Under the pieces are notes generated by a model that did not search any database, had not been told where the DNA came from, and saw only the letters and a list, made by a program, of their open reading frames with translations. From Nitrosopumilus sp. (lineage in GTDB: Archaea > Thermoproteota > Nitrososphaeria > Nitrososphaerales > Nitrosopumilaceae), in the NCBI GenBank assembly GCA_965203315.1, contig OZ241857.1, positions 416,001 through 480,000 of the forward strand: a stretch of 64,000 bases of DNA, written 5' to 3'. Positions within the stretch are counted from its first letter, which is position 1. Each line of letters starts with the position of its first letter. The position numbers and the translations under genes are program-made. This document shows positions 44,541 through 55,369 of the stretch, piece by piece.

Positions 44541-46673
44541 ATGAACAAAAAACTATTGGCGACTAGTGTTTTGATCATCGCGACTATTTCGGTAATTTCT
44601 ATTGCTGCATTGATGACGCCTAGTGAGTACGTGTATGTCCAATCAGACATTACCAAAGCAAATCCAAATCTCAAGGTATTACCTACCGAAGTCTCTATGA
44701 GAACACATAACATTTCAGAAACAAAAGATACTGTAGTCTTGACGCTCTCTGGAACTGTAATGTCGGTAGGCGATCCTATAGTTTGGAAGTATAAAAGCGT
44801 TACACAAGGTTCTGTACCGGTAACTATAGATGTCAGTAAGAAAACAAAGGACAAAGATACTGAACTTGTACATAATGGTGACTCGTTCACATTCTATCTA
44901 ACAGGTACTTATGAACACGAAGAACATTTCATATTTGGCTTTGAACCTCAATTCGAGTTGGGTGAAAACGTAATAGTACACATAGGAAAGTCTGTTCACG
45001 GCCCTAACGGAGAGAATGGCAATAATTACTTTGTAGAACTAGGCAAGTATGGCAAGTACAAAATTGTTGGAGATAAAGCATACAATGAAAAAGATTCTGT
45101 AAACTTGGCGGGTGGTGGTTTTATCATAAACACTCTTCAAATGTTTCACATTGCACATAAAAAACACATCAAATGCATTACAATTGCTGCCACAAAATAA
45201 TATTGTTCTGTCTATCAAGATACATTGTTTTTAAATAATGATGTGTCATGTTACTAAAAATTATAAAAGTATGTATCATAATTTTGAAATAATATAACAA
45301 AATGTAAAGATCTATATACTAGTAATTTTTTAACAATTGTATGGTTAGAAAAATAACTTGTGAAGTAAACTCTAGTAAAGAGGAATATGAGATAATTAAG
45401 ATAAACGAAAATGAATACACCGTTAAAGACAAACAACAAGGAACACCATATCATGTACATGTTGAAGGAAATACTTTTTCTTGCTCTTGTGATGACAAGA
45501 CGGTAATAAACATATGCAAACACAGTATGCTAGTTTACTCTGTAATCAAAAAATTTACCATAAACCACATAATTGAACCTCAGTCTGTTAACTGCTGTCC
45601 AAAGTGCAAATGTAAAAAATACATCAAAAACGGCAAGCGTAAAAAGAAATTGGGACCAGCTCAACGCTACCTTTGCAAGTCATGTGGTCATAGATTCACG
45701 GATAATTTGGGGTTCGAGGGCATGAGAATGACGCCAGAGATTATAACGGATGCAATCCAATCGTTCTTTACACACAAAAGTCTTCGGAACATTGCAGAAG
45801 GATTTGAACAAAAAGGCATTTCAATATCACATACTGCTATATGGAAATGGGTTCAAAAATATATTCCAATAACAGTAAAGTACCTGTCAAAATTTGTGCC
45901 AAATTTGAGTGAGAAATGGCACGGCGATGAAACATACATAAAAGTTCTTGGCAAGGGTCACTATCTATTTACAGTAATGGATCATGATACAAGATTTTGT
46001 ATTGCACATCAAATGAAACAACAAAAATACGGTAATGCACCAACAAGACTATTTAGAAAAGCTAAACAAGCTGCAAAGACAGTACCAAAAATATTTGTAT
46101 CTGATTCATCACGTTCATTTGCTAAAGCATTTAGAAAAGAATTCCTTGAGAAAAATCCTACAAACAAACGTGTCAAACACATAAAAGAAACTCATCTGCG
46201 CAATCAACGATCAAACAACAACATTGAAGAGCGTTTTAATGGATGGCTCCAAGACAATTTTAAAGTATACAGAGGTATGAAAAAATCTGACAGTACAATT
46301 ATTTCTGGACTGATCATAACTCGAAATTTTATTACACGGCATATGGGTTTAGACGGTGAAATACCTTGTACTATGGCAGGAATTGTAATACTTGGAGACA
46401 ATAGGTGGAAAACATTAATTCAAAATTCAAGTCTAAAAAAGTGAATTTTAAACTCTAATTGATAAATAACATCTTGTTTGATAAATATCCAGCATATTGT
46501 TAATTTTATGGTTGAATTTAGATGAGAATAATTTGAGAGATTTAGAAAATTTTGTTTGGTAAAACCACCACCACCCGCCAAGTTTACAGAATCATGAAAA
46601 ATATGATCAAGGTAGATCTCTTGATCCCATATTTAAAGAAGCCATAGAGAAAGAGTCCAAAGATCTCAAATAA
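44541..46673 (+). pseudogene. Secreted/anchored hypothetical protein interrupted by IS6
   Basis: N-terminal hydrophobic segment; frame resumes NEKYDQGRSLDPIFKEAIEKESKDLK* after the IS. Confidence 0.7.
45093..46593 (+). mobile_element. IS6-family element; transposase 45341-46444
   Basis: TIR GATTCTGTAAACTTGGCGGGTGGTGGT; 8-bp TSD ATGAAAAA; HGDET and NNNIEERFN motifs. Confidence 0.93.
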
Positions 46674-46918
46674 CTCTTCTTTTTTATTTCCAAGACTACA
46701 AAGATACTGATGTGATATCAGGATGCACATATCTTTCAAATGACACGCTAAGATATTTTTAGCATTACTCTTATCGACCGTAGCATATTGTTACATTTTG
46801 TATTATAGTTTTATCCTAGAATGGATCACAGATATAACAAAGATTCCCAAGTCCAAGAGATTAGAGATCGACACACGATATCGAAAAATATTTGTATTGA
46901 TCTAATCATCAAATAGAT

Positions 46919-47746
46919 ATGACATCCACATCACAGTTTTTGGTACAAAATCAGAGATCACTCAAACTGATCCCATATATTGGCTGCAAGGCAGGATTTG
47001 CCCACATCTTTGACTTGCTGATCCCCGACAACTATGGCAAAAAGATATACGACATATTTGGTGGTGGTGGAGGATTTACATTTTATGCGTGTAATCGATT
47101 TGGCTCTAAAAACGTCATATACAACGATCATAATCCCGTAATTACAAATCTTATGAGCCATCTACAATCAAACCCCATAGAACTATACAAAGAGTATCAA
47201 CGACACTATCGAAAATCTAGTAACGACTATTATCTAAAGATTAGATCCATGGATATTACACAAGGAGTACAGGCTGCAGGTAGATTCTTTTATCTAGCAA
47301 AAAATGCATTCTCTGGCAAGATTCGATTCAATGCCAAAAATCAATTCAACACGCCGATGAGAAAGAACGCCAAGTGCCCCCAAGTTGAACAAGAGACACT
47401 TGAAGACCTTGCTCACACAATACGAGATCTAACAATAGTGAATAAGGACTATGCTGACTTTGACAGTATACGTGACTCTTTTCTATACTTGGATCCGCCA
47501 TACATGAACAACTCTAACGGTCACTATAACGCAACCGTACCTCTAGGCGACTTTATCTCTTTCGTCAAATATGTAGAGACTAATAATATGATCATGATCT
47601 CAGAGCAGAACAATCGTAAAACTCTGAAATTATCTAGCATGTACAAGATATTCCCAATAACCTTGAAACGATCACTGCAATACATAACACAGAGTAACAG
47701 TAACGAGATAATTGCGATAAACTATAAAGTTCCAGCCGATACATGA
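46919..47746 (+). CDS. Dam/D12-like DNA methyltransferase
   Basis: IPYIGCK, DIFGGGG, FSGKIRFN and YLDPPY motifs. Confidence 0.88.
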   Translation: MTSTSQFLVQNQRSLKLIPYIGCKAGFAHIFDLLIPDNYGKKIYDIFGGGGGFTFYACNRFGSKNVIYNDHNPVITNLMSHLQSNPIELYKEYQRHYRKSSNDYYLKIRSMDITQGVQAAGRFFYLAKNAFSGKIRFNAKNQFNTPMRKNAKCPQVEQETLEDLAHTIRDLTIVNKDYADFDSIRDSFLYLDPPYMNNSNGHYNATVPLGDFISFVKYVETNNMIMISEQNNRKTLKLSSMYKIFPITLKRSLQYITQSNSNEIIAINYKVPADT

Positions 47747-48483
47747 TGTCAGATATCGCAAAGAGTGGTTTTATTACAGAAGAACAAGTCGTAAGCGAGT
47801 TCAACAACTGGAAAGAGAGTACAATAACACCACAGTGGTTCAAGCAGATCAAGATATCAGATATCAAACATGTTGCAGCACACACTACAAGATCACTTGG
47901 CAAGAACACCAAAGCTGATGTGCTAGTAACAATCAATGGAACTCAGATAGGCATATCTGTGAAAAAGTTCAAAGCTAGTTTTAACCAACTCGACAAGAGA
48001 CGTATAGATTCCTATGAAGAGATGTGGAATATTCCAGATAATGTGTCGACTATATTACGAAAATACTGTGGTGAAGAAGGATTTAGACCAATAGATCATA
48101 AACGAACCAATGTCAGAGATACAAGACGATATTTTTTGAACGAATTAGATCAAAGTGAACAAAGAGATCTGTTGGAGTTTTTTACTAGATGCCAAAGGCA
48201 GATAGTAAATGACATCTTGCAAGGATACCAAGAACCAAAGGCAGACTATATGCTAGTTGTACAAAAGAATGGTGATGGACTAGAGCGATCAAAGATTGTG
48301 GATATCAATACAGTAATCGAATATGTGTTGGGACCAGTACACATCACAAAGAAAGGATCACTAAAGATGGGCAAGATAACTGTTCAACGAAAGGGAGGCG
48401 ATGCAGGCAAGAGTTCCGCACAAATGCTACAATTCAAGTTCTCACCACAAGATGTTCTGGATTTAAACTATGATCTTGTCTAG
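47743..48483 (+). CDS. HinP1I-family restriction endonuclease
   Basis: AKSGF..E, KADV, FNQLDKR and ITVQRKGGD...MLQFKF motifs. Confidence 0.82.
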   Translation: MMSDIAKSGFITEEQVVSEFNNWKESTITPQWFKQIKISDIKHVAAHTTRSLGKNTKADVLVTINGTQIGISVKKFKASFNQLDKRRIDSYEEMWNIPDNVSTILRKYCGEEGFRPIDHKRTNVRDTRRYFLNELDQSEQRDLLEFFTRCQRQIVNDILQGYQEPKADYMLVVQKNGDGLERSKIVDINTVIEYVLGPVHITKKGSLKMGKITVQRKGGDAGKSSAQMLQFKFSPQDVLDLNYDLV

Positions 48484-48639
48484 TTTGATATATGATCTCA
48501 CTCATCAGTTTGTATCAGTTGCGAACGCCCATGAATCCGTCATCAAACTCAGAATAACAGCCGGTGAATTGTAGAGATATAACAAACGAACCATAGCTAC
48601 ACAATAGTTAAAAGCAAATATACGCCAATAGTAACAATA

Positions 48640-49815
48640 ATGACAAACAAGACAAACACTCTCAAAATACTGTCAATGATAGTAGCAGTTACGCTAGTAG
48701 CAACTACGCCTGTGATGACAAATGCTCAGATTACACCTGGTGAAGATGGTCCGATAACCACGCCAGCCAGAACAGGCAGTACCACGTTATCGGATGATGA
48801 GATCTCTAAAAAAGTTGACGAGATTGGATTTGCCATGTTGCAACTGAAAATTCAAAATCAACATCTAGCCCAATTTTCCACCAACGAACTCATACAAGAT
48901 ATGATCAACGATAACGAGGAAGAGATAGAAAAGTTATTTGCACAGATGATGGAGATATGGCCACCATTAGTTGTTGTTGAGATTCCCGCAGATGTCGAGG
49001 CTAGAATGAACACAGTCTTGCCAAAACTAGCAGAAAGTGGTTTGCCGGTGTTAGGAATGGGAATTGATCATCTTACAGGAACGTTGAGTGTAAAGGTCGA
49101 CGTAGAAAGAACGACACCAGACACTGAACAGAAAATAAGAGAGATTGCAGGAGATGTTCCGTTGAGCATTACTTTTGTCGCAGACGATGCAGTATTTCAG
49201 AGCGCATCATGTGATCGAACCACCGGGTACTGTGATCCTCTAGTGGGTGGCTCATTAGGGGAAGACAGGCATTGGGGTCTAGAGTGTACTATATCTATTG
49301 CAGCAGTTAGAAATACAGGTAATGGAACAGAAAATGGAATAGTAATCCCAGATCATTGTAACAAAGAAACAACACAGTATTATCAACCTGATAACGCTAG
49401 ATCATCATATCTAGTGGGTAGTGAAACTAAAGATGGGGGTTGGTTCTGTGACTGTGATTTTGTGAAATCAAATTCACGTGCAATTGATGCGACTAAACTG
49501 ATTGTCAACGGATCAGATTTTACCTTGTCCGGCAAGTCTGATCTTAGAGTAGGCGATTATGTATTCATGTATGGCGCAAAATCAGGCTACGATGTGGGAC
49601 GAATAGTATCCATAAATCAATGGCAGACTTTTGATAACAGATGGTTCTGGGATCTGTACGCAATAGAAGACATAAACTTTACAGATGGTGACAGCGGTGC
49701 TCCAATCGTAGGTACCTCAAACGATCACTATGCTGGAATGAATATTGGTACATTCGATGGACATAATTATGGTCATGATTGGTCTATTCTAAAGTCTAGA
49801 CTAGGTTTACAATAA
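48640..49815 (+). CDS. Secreted chymotrypsin-like (S1) serine protease with pro-region
   Basis: Signal peptide; PDHC, CD and GDSGAP catalytic-triad motifs. Confidence 0.8.
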   Translation: MTNKTNTLKILSMIVAVTLVATTPVMTNAQITPGEDGPITTPARTGSTTLSDDEISKKVDEIGFAMLQLKIQNQHLAQFSTNELIQDMINDNEEEIEKLFAQMMEIWPPLVVVEIPADVEARMNTVLPKLAESGLPVLGMGIDHLTGTLSVKVDVERTTPDTEQKIREIAGDVPLSITFVADDAVFQSASCDRTTGYCDPLVGGSLGEDRHWGLECTISIAAVRNTGNGTENGIVIPDHCNKETTQYYQPDNARSSYLVGSETKDGGWFCDCDFVKSNSRAIDATKLIVNGSDFTLSGKSDLRVGDYVFMYGAKSGYDVGRIVSINQWQTFDNRWFWDLYAIEDINFTDGDSGAPIVGTSNDHYAGMNIGTFDGHNYGHDWSILKSRLGLQ

Positions 49816-49822
49816 CAAAAAA

Positions 49823-49841
49823 CATCTTTTTATTTTTTTTT
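49823..49841 (+). terminator. Poly-T archaeal terminator
   Basis: TCTTTTTATTTTTTTTT just after the protease stop codon. Confidence 0.5.
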
Positions 49842-50138
49842 AACAAATTCCTCAAACATATCATATAGTCTTACATACAGTCAAAAATTAAGTATTTAGA
49901 TGCAATGTCCAGGCATGATAAACTCAATATCTAGATGTTCTGAAACTATATTGTCTATCCTTTGCACAAATACAAGTTCGGCTTTTGTCTCTAGAAACCT
50001 TGTCTCTAATTGTATTTATGGTGGTCACACACTTGATGTAGAACACTTTTGAACCTTGTAAGCCACAGTCTGAGCAGTGTGTTAAGGGAATCAATTTATT
50101 ATTTTCTCCTTTAAATGTAAAATTATCTGTATTAAGCA

Positions 50139-50441
50139 ATGTTAGGCAAAAGCAAAGAAGCAGACATCAATGAGATACTTCGTGGACCTGTAATGGTAGC
50201 CGCAATGGCCATCCTCGTAATCGGGGCAACGTTTGCACTAGCCGAGAACTATATCCCTAAAGAGAGTGACAAACCCGACAAGACTGCCATCTTTGGCACA
50301 TTTATGATCGATGCGATAGATGAAGTTGTATTCTATATCAAGTGGGGCGGATATCTAGCTATAATTGCAGGAGGTATCATGGTAGGAGTTCAGCTACGCA
50401 TACATCCCAGCTTCAAAGATACACATGGTTCTGGTGAATAG
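50139..50441 (+). CDS. Small two-TM protein (VirB2/pilin-like candidate)
   Basis: 100 aa with two hydrophobic helices; first gene of an overlapping operon. Confidence 0.45.
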   Translation: MLGKSKEADINEILRGPVMVAAMAILVIGATFALAENYIPKESDKPDKTAIFGTFMIDAIDEVVFYIKWGGYLAIIAGGIMVGVQLRIHPSFKDTHGSGE

Positions 50442-50838
50442 TACCATGTTGTATCATTTTTTACTAATCACGTCTTATACGATATATGCTATATTCTCTG
50501 TACTGATAGGTATAATCGCAAATGTATTTTTGAACGACTATGGCATATGGATTGCAATATTTGTGTACATTGGATGTTTCTTTGTAGATTATATCACGAC
50601 CATTAGAGTGAAAAATTATACCAAACATGAGATAAATCCATTATTTCAGGTACTGAATCACAAACTTGATTCCACTACATCGTTTATGGTGATACTAGGA
50701 ATTGGTGTAACTGTCAATCTAGTTGCATTCTATACCATACAAGATACTGTTCTATCGTATATCTTGAGCATTGGACACTTGTGTATGGCTGCCAATAATC
50801 ACCACTACTCTAAAAAGATAAACATGGAGGTAATCTAG
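50425..50838 (+). CDS. Integral membrane protein (DUF5658-like)
   Basis: D..TT...EINPL motif between TM helices. Confidence 0.5.
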   Translation: MVLVNSTMLYHFLLITSYTIYAIFSVLIGIIANVFLNDYGIWIAIFVYIGCFFVDYITTIRVKNYTKHEINPLFQVLNHKLDSTTSFMVILGIGVTVNLVAFYTIQDTVLSYILSIGHLCMAANNHHYSKKINMEVI

Positions 50839-51338
50839 TGATTACTGTACAGATAGACAATGTCGTTACAACTGCTCAAGTTACTAGATTCAACACAAAT
50901 AGTATCGTATATTGGCCAAAAGTAGAGTTTCGACCAAATGGTTATCCTGGAATCTGTATACATGAAAGACATGTAACTCTATCAGTATTTGACTCTGGCA
51001 AGATCGTATCCAAAGGTAGCAAAGGCACGAAAGATGCTATTCAATCTATACTAGACTTTATTCAAAGACTAAAAAAGTCTGGAATCAAGGTCTCTCTAAA
51101 GTCAAAACCTACCATCAGTATGATCGTAGCACATGTTAGATTTGAGCCAAAGAGACTAGACATTCAAAGACTCAAAGAGTTGCCAGAGTTTCATAAAGAG
51201 ATCAAGAGATTTGCCAGCATACAACTAAAGTTCAAAGAGGGTAATGTTCAGGCATACGAGTCCAAGATTGTAATAAGCAGTACAAGCATTGATGATATCA
51301 CTCGCATAGCAAAAAAGATGAGGCGATACACATGCTAA
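50838..51338 (+). CDS. Divergent TATA-binding protein (TBP) paralogue
   Basis: IDNVV...EFRPNGYPG...VFDSGKIVSKGSK equals TBP repeat 1; degenerate repeat 2 ISMIVAH...LDI...RFASI. Confidence 0.8.
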   Translation: MITVQIDNVVTTAQVTRFNTNSIVYWPKVEFRPNGYPGICIHERHVTLSVFDSGKIVSKGSKGTKDAIQSILDFIQRLKKSGIKVSLKSKPTISMIVAHVRFEPKRLDIQRLKELPEFHKEIKRFASIQLKFKEGNVQAYESKIVISSTSIDDITRIAKKMRRYTC

Positions 51339-51796
51339 CCACAGAGTATCTAAAGATCTTTTTACTGACAGGCGTAATAACAGCTAGTGCCATTGGTATC
51401 GCATTCTCGTCTGGACAGTTTGATACCATGGTACTAGATTATCGTGTACAAGTACATACAGAGTATCTACTAAACAACAATACCGACAATATCGGGCATA
51501 TCTGGTACGAGATATACAATACTGGAACTAGCGATATTGATATCATACGTACAAGCTGTGAAATTACATGTAACATAAATGATCCTGCACTGGTACATCC
51601 ACTCGGAGTACCATGTGATAACTGTACGCCACCACGATCTGGAGGGGAATCATTACTTTCAGGTCAATCGATCAAGATTAACGGCAGAATCGTTCTTGGT
51701 AGTCTAGAAAGAGGAGATCATATAACATTACAATTTGATGCAATAGATGCACTTGGTTCTAACAAACTAGTAATCAAACAGGTGCTAGTACGATGA
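51332..51796 (+). CDS. Archaeal pilin/archaellin-like membrane-anchored Ig-fold protein
   Basis: N-terminal hydrophobic helix; 'IYNTGTSDIDI' and 'LSGQSI' motifs. Confidence 0.5.
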   Translation: MLTTEYLKIFLLTGVITASAIGIAFSSGQFDTMVLDYRVQVHTEYLLNNNTDNIGHIWYEIYNTGTSDIDIIRTSCEITCNINDPALVHPLGVPCDNCTPPRSGGESLLSGQSIKINGRIVLGSLERGDHITLQFDAIDALGSNKLVIKQVLVR

Positions 51797-51853
51797 CTAG
51801 CTGTATAGTTGCATTGAGTGGCATTGTTGAACAATATAATCAAGGTGTTTTAG

Positions 51854-52579
51854 TTGGCTGAAAAGACAGAGATAGAGTGGGCAGACTGTACATTGAATAC
51901 AGTTGGGGGCTGTACCAAGGTATCATCTGGTTGTGAAAACTGTTACACGTTTAGACTATCAAAGATATTTGGCAGAACTGCAGATGTTGTACAACCCAGA
52001 CAGATAAAGAACATTAAATCAGATATCAAGCGACTTGGTAGCACGAGACGAATAGTTTTCCTGAACTCTTTGACTGATACCTTTCACGAAGATTTTAGTG
52101 ATGATTTAATTACGAGTTGGTTTGACGCCATTTTATCTGCTCCTCATGTATACATTATTCTAACAAAGCGAGTAAATCGAATGTACAACTATTTCAAGAT
52201 TAGAGATGTTCCCGATAGATTTTGGCTAGGTACAAGTATTGAGAATCGAGCTGCATACCATCGACTAGAAAAACTAAAGAGGATATCAGCAAAGACAAAG
52301 TTTGCCTCATTAGAGCCATTGTTGGAATCTGTATCTGATATCAACTTACAAAGTATACAGTGGTGTATTGTGGGTGGCTAATCTGATCAGATATCTCCTA
52401 GACCATTTGACGAGCAGTGGGCACGAGAGATACGAGATATTTGCAAGTACAATAACATAAAGTTCTTTTACAAGCAGTCTGGAGGTCGTAAAAAGATCAA
52501 CGGTACATGGGGCACAAATGTACTTGACGGTCAGACACATCTAGAGATGCCAGAGACGCTAAAGACCAAGCCATATTGA
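51854..52579 (+). pseudogene. DUF5131 (phage Gp37/Gp68-like three-Cys) protein with in-frame TAA at 52379
   Basis: IEW..T.N...GCTKVSSGCENCY, LTKR, SLEPLL, IVGG*S, FFYKQ motifs. Confidence 0.88.
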
Positions 52580-52619
52580 CTTTGAATACACTTAAATATT
52601 TGGCACCAGATATAAGACT

Positions 52620-53875
52620 CAGTACTTCCAACTGTCTGCTTATTAACAAGCTGCAGCGGCAATCTTTGGTGGAGGCCATTTTTCTCGATAGAGTTCAATG
52701 TAATCTAGCACAAGATCTCTGAACGTAAGTTGAGGAATGTGCCACCAACCAACATTCAATGGATCATTTTCATCATCTATGTTACGTGCTATGATCCAAG
52801 CATTATAAAACAAAAGAGAAAAAGAAAACAACAAATCTCTTACTGATTCATTTTTAGTTGTAGTTGGTAATCTCATCTTATCGACTACCCTATATCCAGT
52901 TTCAATAACCCATCGCTTTGCGTATTTTTTTGTATCAATTCTTGGATTGTTTGTTGCGAATGGAATGTAGTCTATTTTACCATCCTTTTCAATTTCTTCT
53001 ATGATCATGTAATAGTCCATTGACAAGCCTTTGCCATTAGAGATCGTACGTTTTGATACTCGTTTACGTTTTCCTTGTTTGTACTCTTCTAGATATCGCC
53101 TTGTCTTGGCGTTATTTTGACAGATGGTGAGAAATGTGTAACCTCGACCTTGCAGCAGCTGCAAGATCTGTGTAGTAAGAAACTCACGATCCATCAACCA
53201 GTTACCAATGTCCAGACGCAGATCTTCACAATCTTTGATGATTTTACGCACAAAATTGGGGTTTTGGTCTCCTTTGTACATGGCATGTTTTGACACAACT
53301 AGTGTTTCGCCTTCGTTTATGACTTGTGCTGTCATGTACTTTTCATGTAATGCATATCTGTCGTCAACCGGACCATAGCATAGTTTAGTATCTGTTTTGT
53401 CATCATATCGTGCATATTTGTGCAGATCAATTGCTATATCTTTTGGCTCTTTAGACCAACGACCCATATCTTGTAATGCTGCGATGTTGCTTTTTACTGA
53501 CCTTTTAAATTTAAAGTTGTCAAAATCAGCTGCTGCCTTTTTGAATAATAGTCTAAAATATTCTGGAGATGGAGCACGCTTTTTCCTCATTTTCATTGAA
53601 GTTGAATGTCCAGTTATTGAACTTTTAGACATGGCTGTTTTAAACATAATGGATAAAACATCTTCTTTACCAAACTTTGCATTATTTTTTTTTAGACACA
53701 GGAATATCTAAATCATTTAAAAATGCAGTATATCGAGAATATTCTAAATGTCTTCTAAATCGCTGTCCATTTAATTCATTTTTGTTTTTCAACAAAAGTT
53801 ATTTTTAGAAACCCTTTATAGATCTTTCTATTTCTATATAATTTTCGTTATTTAAAGAGACATTTGGAAGTACTG
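52620..53875 (-). mobile_element. ISH3-family element; transposase 53792-52643 with a frameshift in an A-run near 53690
   Basis: TIR CAGTACTTCCAA; 5-bp TSD AGACT; MDREF and YAKRWVIETGY motifs. Confidence 0.92.
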
Positions 53876-53880
53876 AGACT

Positions 53881-54690
53881 ATGGTTGAAAATATTCAAGC
53901 AATACCAGTTAACTGACTTGATATCTCAGAATATAACGTCAGAAAATCTAATGTACTTCAAGACATAGATGAACTAGCTAAAAACATTGCAGAAGTAGGA
54001 GTAAAAAACCCGCTTACAGTTAAAAAGACTGGAAAAAACAAATTCGAAATAGTAACAGGTCAAAGGAGATATATAGCTGCCCAAAAAGCAGGCTTGAAAA
54101 CAGTTCCATGCATAATTAGAGAGTATGATTCTGAAATAGACTCCATGATAGAATCATTTAGTGAAAACGTGTTTCGCTCGGATATGACGCTGAGTGATAA
54201 AGCAAAAACTGCTATTACTCTATTAAAAATGCTTGATAACGATAAAAACAAGGTTGCTAAAAATCTAGGAGTCCATATCTCAACACTTGAAAGATATCTA
54301 GAACATGAATCTCTTCCGAAGAAACTACAAAAACTAATTAGAGAAAAAAAGATGAACTTTTATACAGCAAAAACTATTTACAAGAAAACAAAACATGATG
54401 AGATACAAAGAAACAAAATTATTGAGTCGTATATTAAAAAAGAGAAAAAAGATAAAAACAATTTTTACGTTGCGTTAAAAGAGAGCAAAGCCAGCGACAA
54501 ACTTGAAGACATAGAAAAAAATTCCAAAGAAATTGCAAATTCACAAAAATATATCTTGCGCTCACCAACTGCTCAAAATAAATTTATACAAAAAATTGCA
54601 AAGGATAAAAACATATCTCCTGAAATGGTCTTACAAAATTTTATAGCTGTAGGTATTGAGGAATTTAAGCACGGGAGAATGAGAATTTAA
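53881..54690 (+). pseudogene. ParB/Spo0J-family protein with in-frame TGA at 53914
   Basis: YNVRK...IDELAKNIAEVGVKNPL...IVTGQRRYIAA...SENVFRSDM, followed by an HTH. Confidence 0.85.
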
Positions 54691-55223
54691 TGGATCTCAA
54701 ACAAGCCGAGTTAATTTTAATGGATAATCTGAAAGGGAGTAAAAATAAAAAGAATGATATTTTGAGTATTGCTAAAGCAGTAAACGTTGTAAAGAATCAT
54801 TATACCACATCAGATATAAAAACCATGTTTGAGATCACTCCTACTAGTGTTAATAGAATAAATGCAATAAATAAACTAAATACATATTCTAAAAAATTAA
54901 TAAAACAGAGAAAAATAAAAATTGAGCAAACATATCACTTATCTCGATTAGATGGAAAAAGGCAAGATGAGGCAGCTCGAATTGTTGCGTCTATGAATGC
55001 ACACAACTCCAGAATATTTGTGAATATGCTTTTGGCACAACCAACCAAAACTGTTAAAGAATGTAAAAACATTTTTGATAAATCTAGAAATGACGATATA
55101 TCTCTAGCTGTAGTACCTATGCCAAACGACGTATACAATAGCTTAGAAAGAATTGCAACAAAGAATAAAAAAGAGCCACAAGATATTATTTTACAGTTGG
55201 TGGAGGATTACATTGGTCGATGA
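54690..55223 (+). CDS. Basic hypothetical protein resembling a ParB C-terminal/HTH region
   Basis: Coupled to parB; 'KIKIEQTYHLSRL...QDEAA' segment. Confidence 0.55.
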   Translation: MDLKQAELILMDNLKGSKNKKNDILSIAKAVNVVKNHYTTSDIKTMFEITPTSVNRINAINKLNTYSKKLIKQRKIKIEQTYHLSRLDGKRQDEAARIVASMNAHNSRIFVNMLLAQPTKTVKECKNIFDKSRNDDISLAVVPMPNDVYNSLERIATKNKKEPQDIILQLVEDYIGR

Positions 55224-55369
55224 ATTGTTAGATATGAAAAACTTGTCTGCCTCGGAGTTAGACAAAATTAACCATGACTGTGAGGATAACTTACCAAACA
55301 TAACTTCAAGATTTAATGATCAATACATTTCTATCAATGATGACATATCTAAGTCGTCAGCAGAACTAG
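55213..55369 (+). pseudogene. 5' fragment of an unknown gene cut by IS6 copy B
   Basis: Open frame overlapping the upstream stop and ending at the IS TIR. Confidence 0.5.

Noticed and set aside
46871-46888. 18-bp identity ACACACGATATCGAAAAA with the IS6 subterminal region (31801, 56781)
   Set aside because: The match does not extend and there is no TIR; it cannot be distinguished from chance or a tiny scar.
21751-53916. Several single in-frame stops (21751, 44119, 52379 TAA; 53914 TGA) suggesting stop-codon recoding
   Set aside because: The stops are of mixed type, TAA and TGA end normal genes here, aRF1 motifs are canonical and frameshifts are also common. Decay or sequencing error is simpler.
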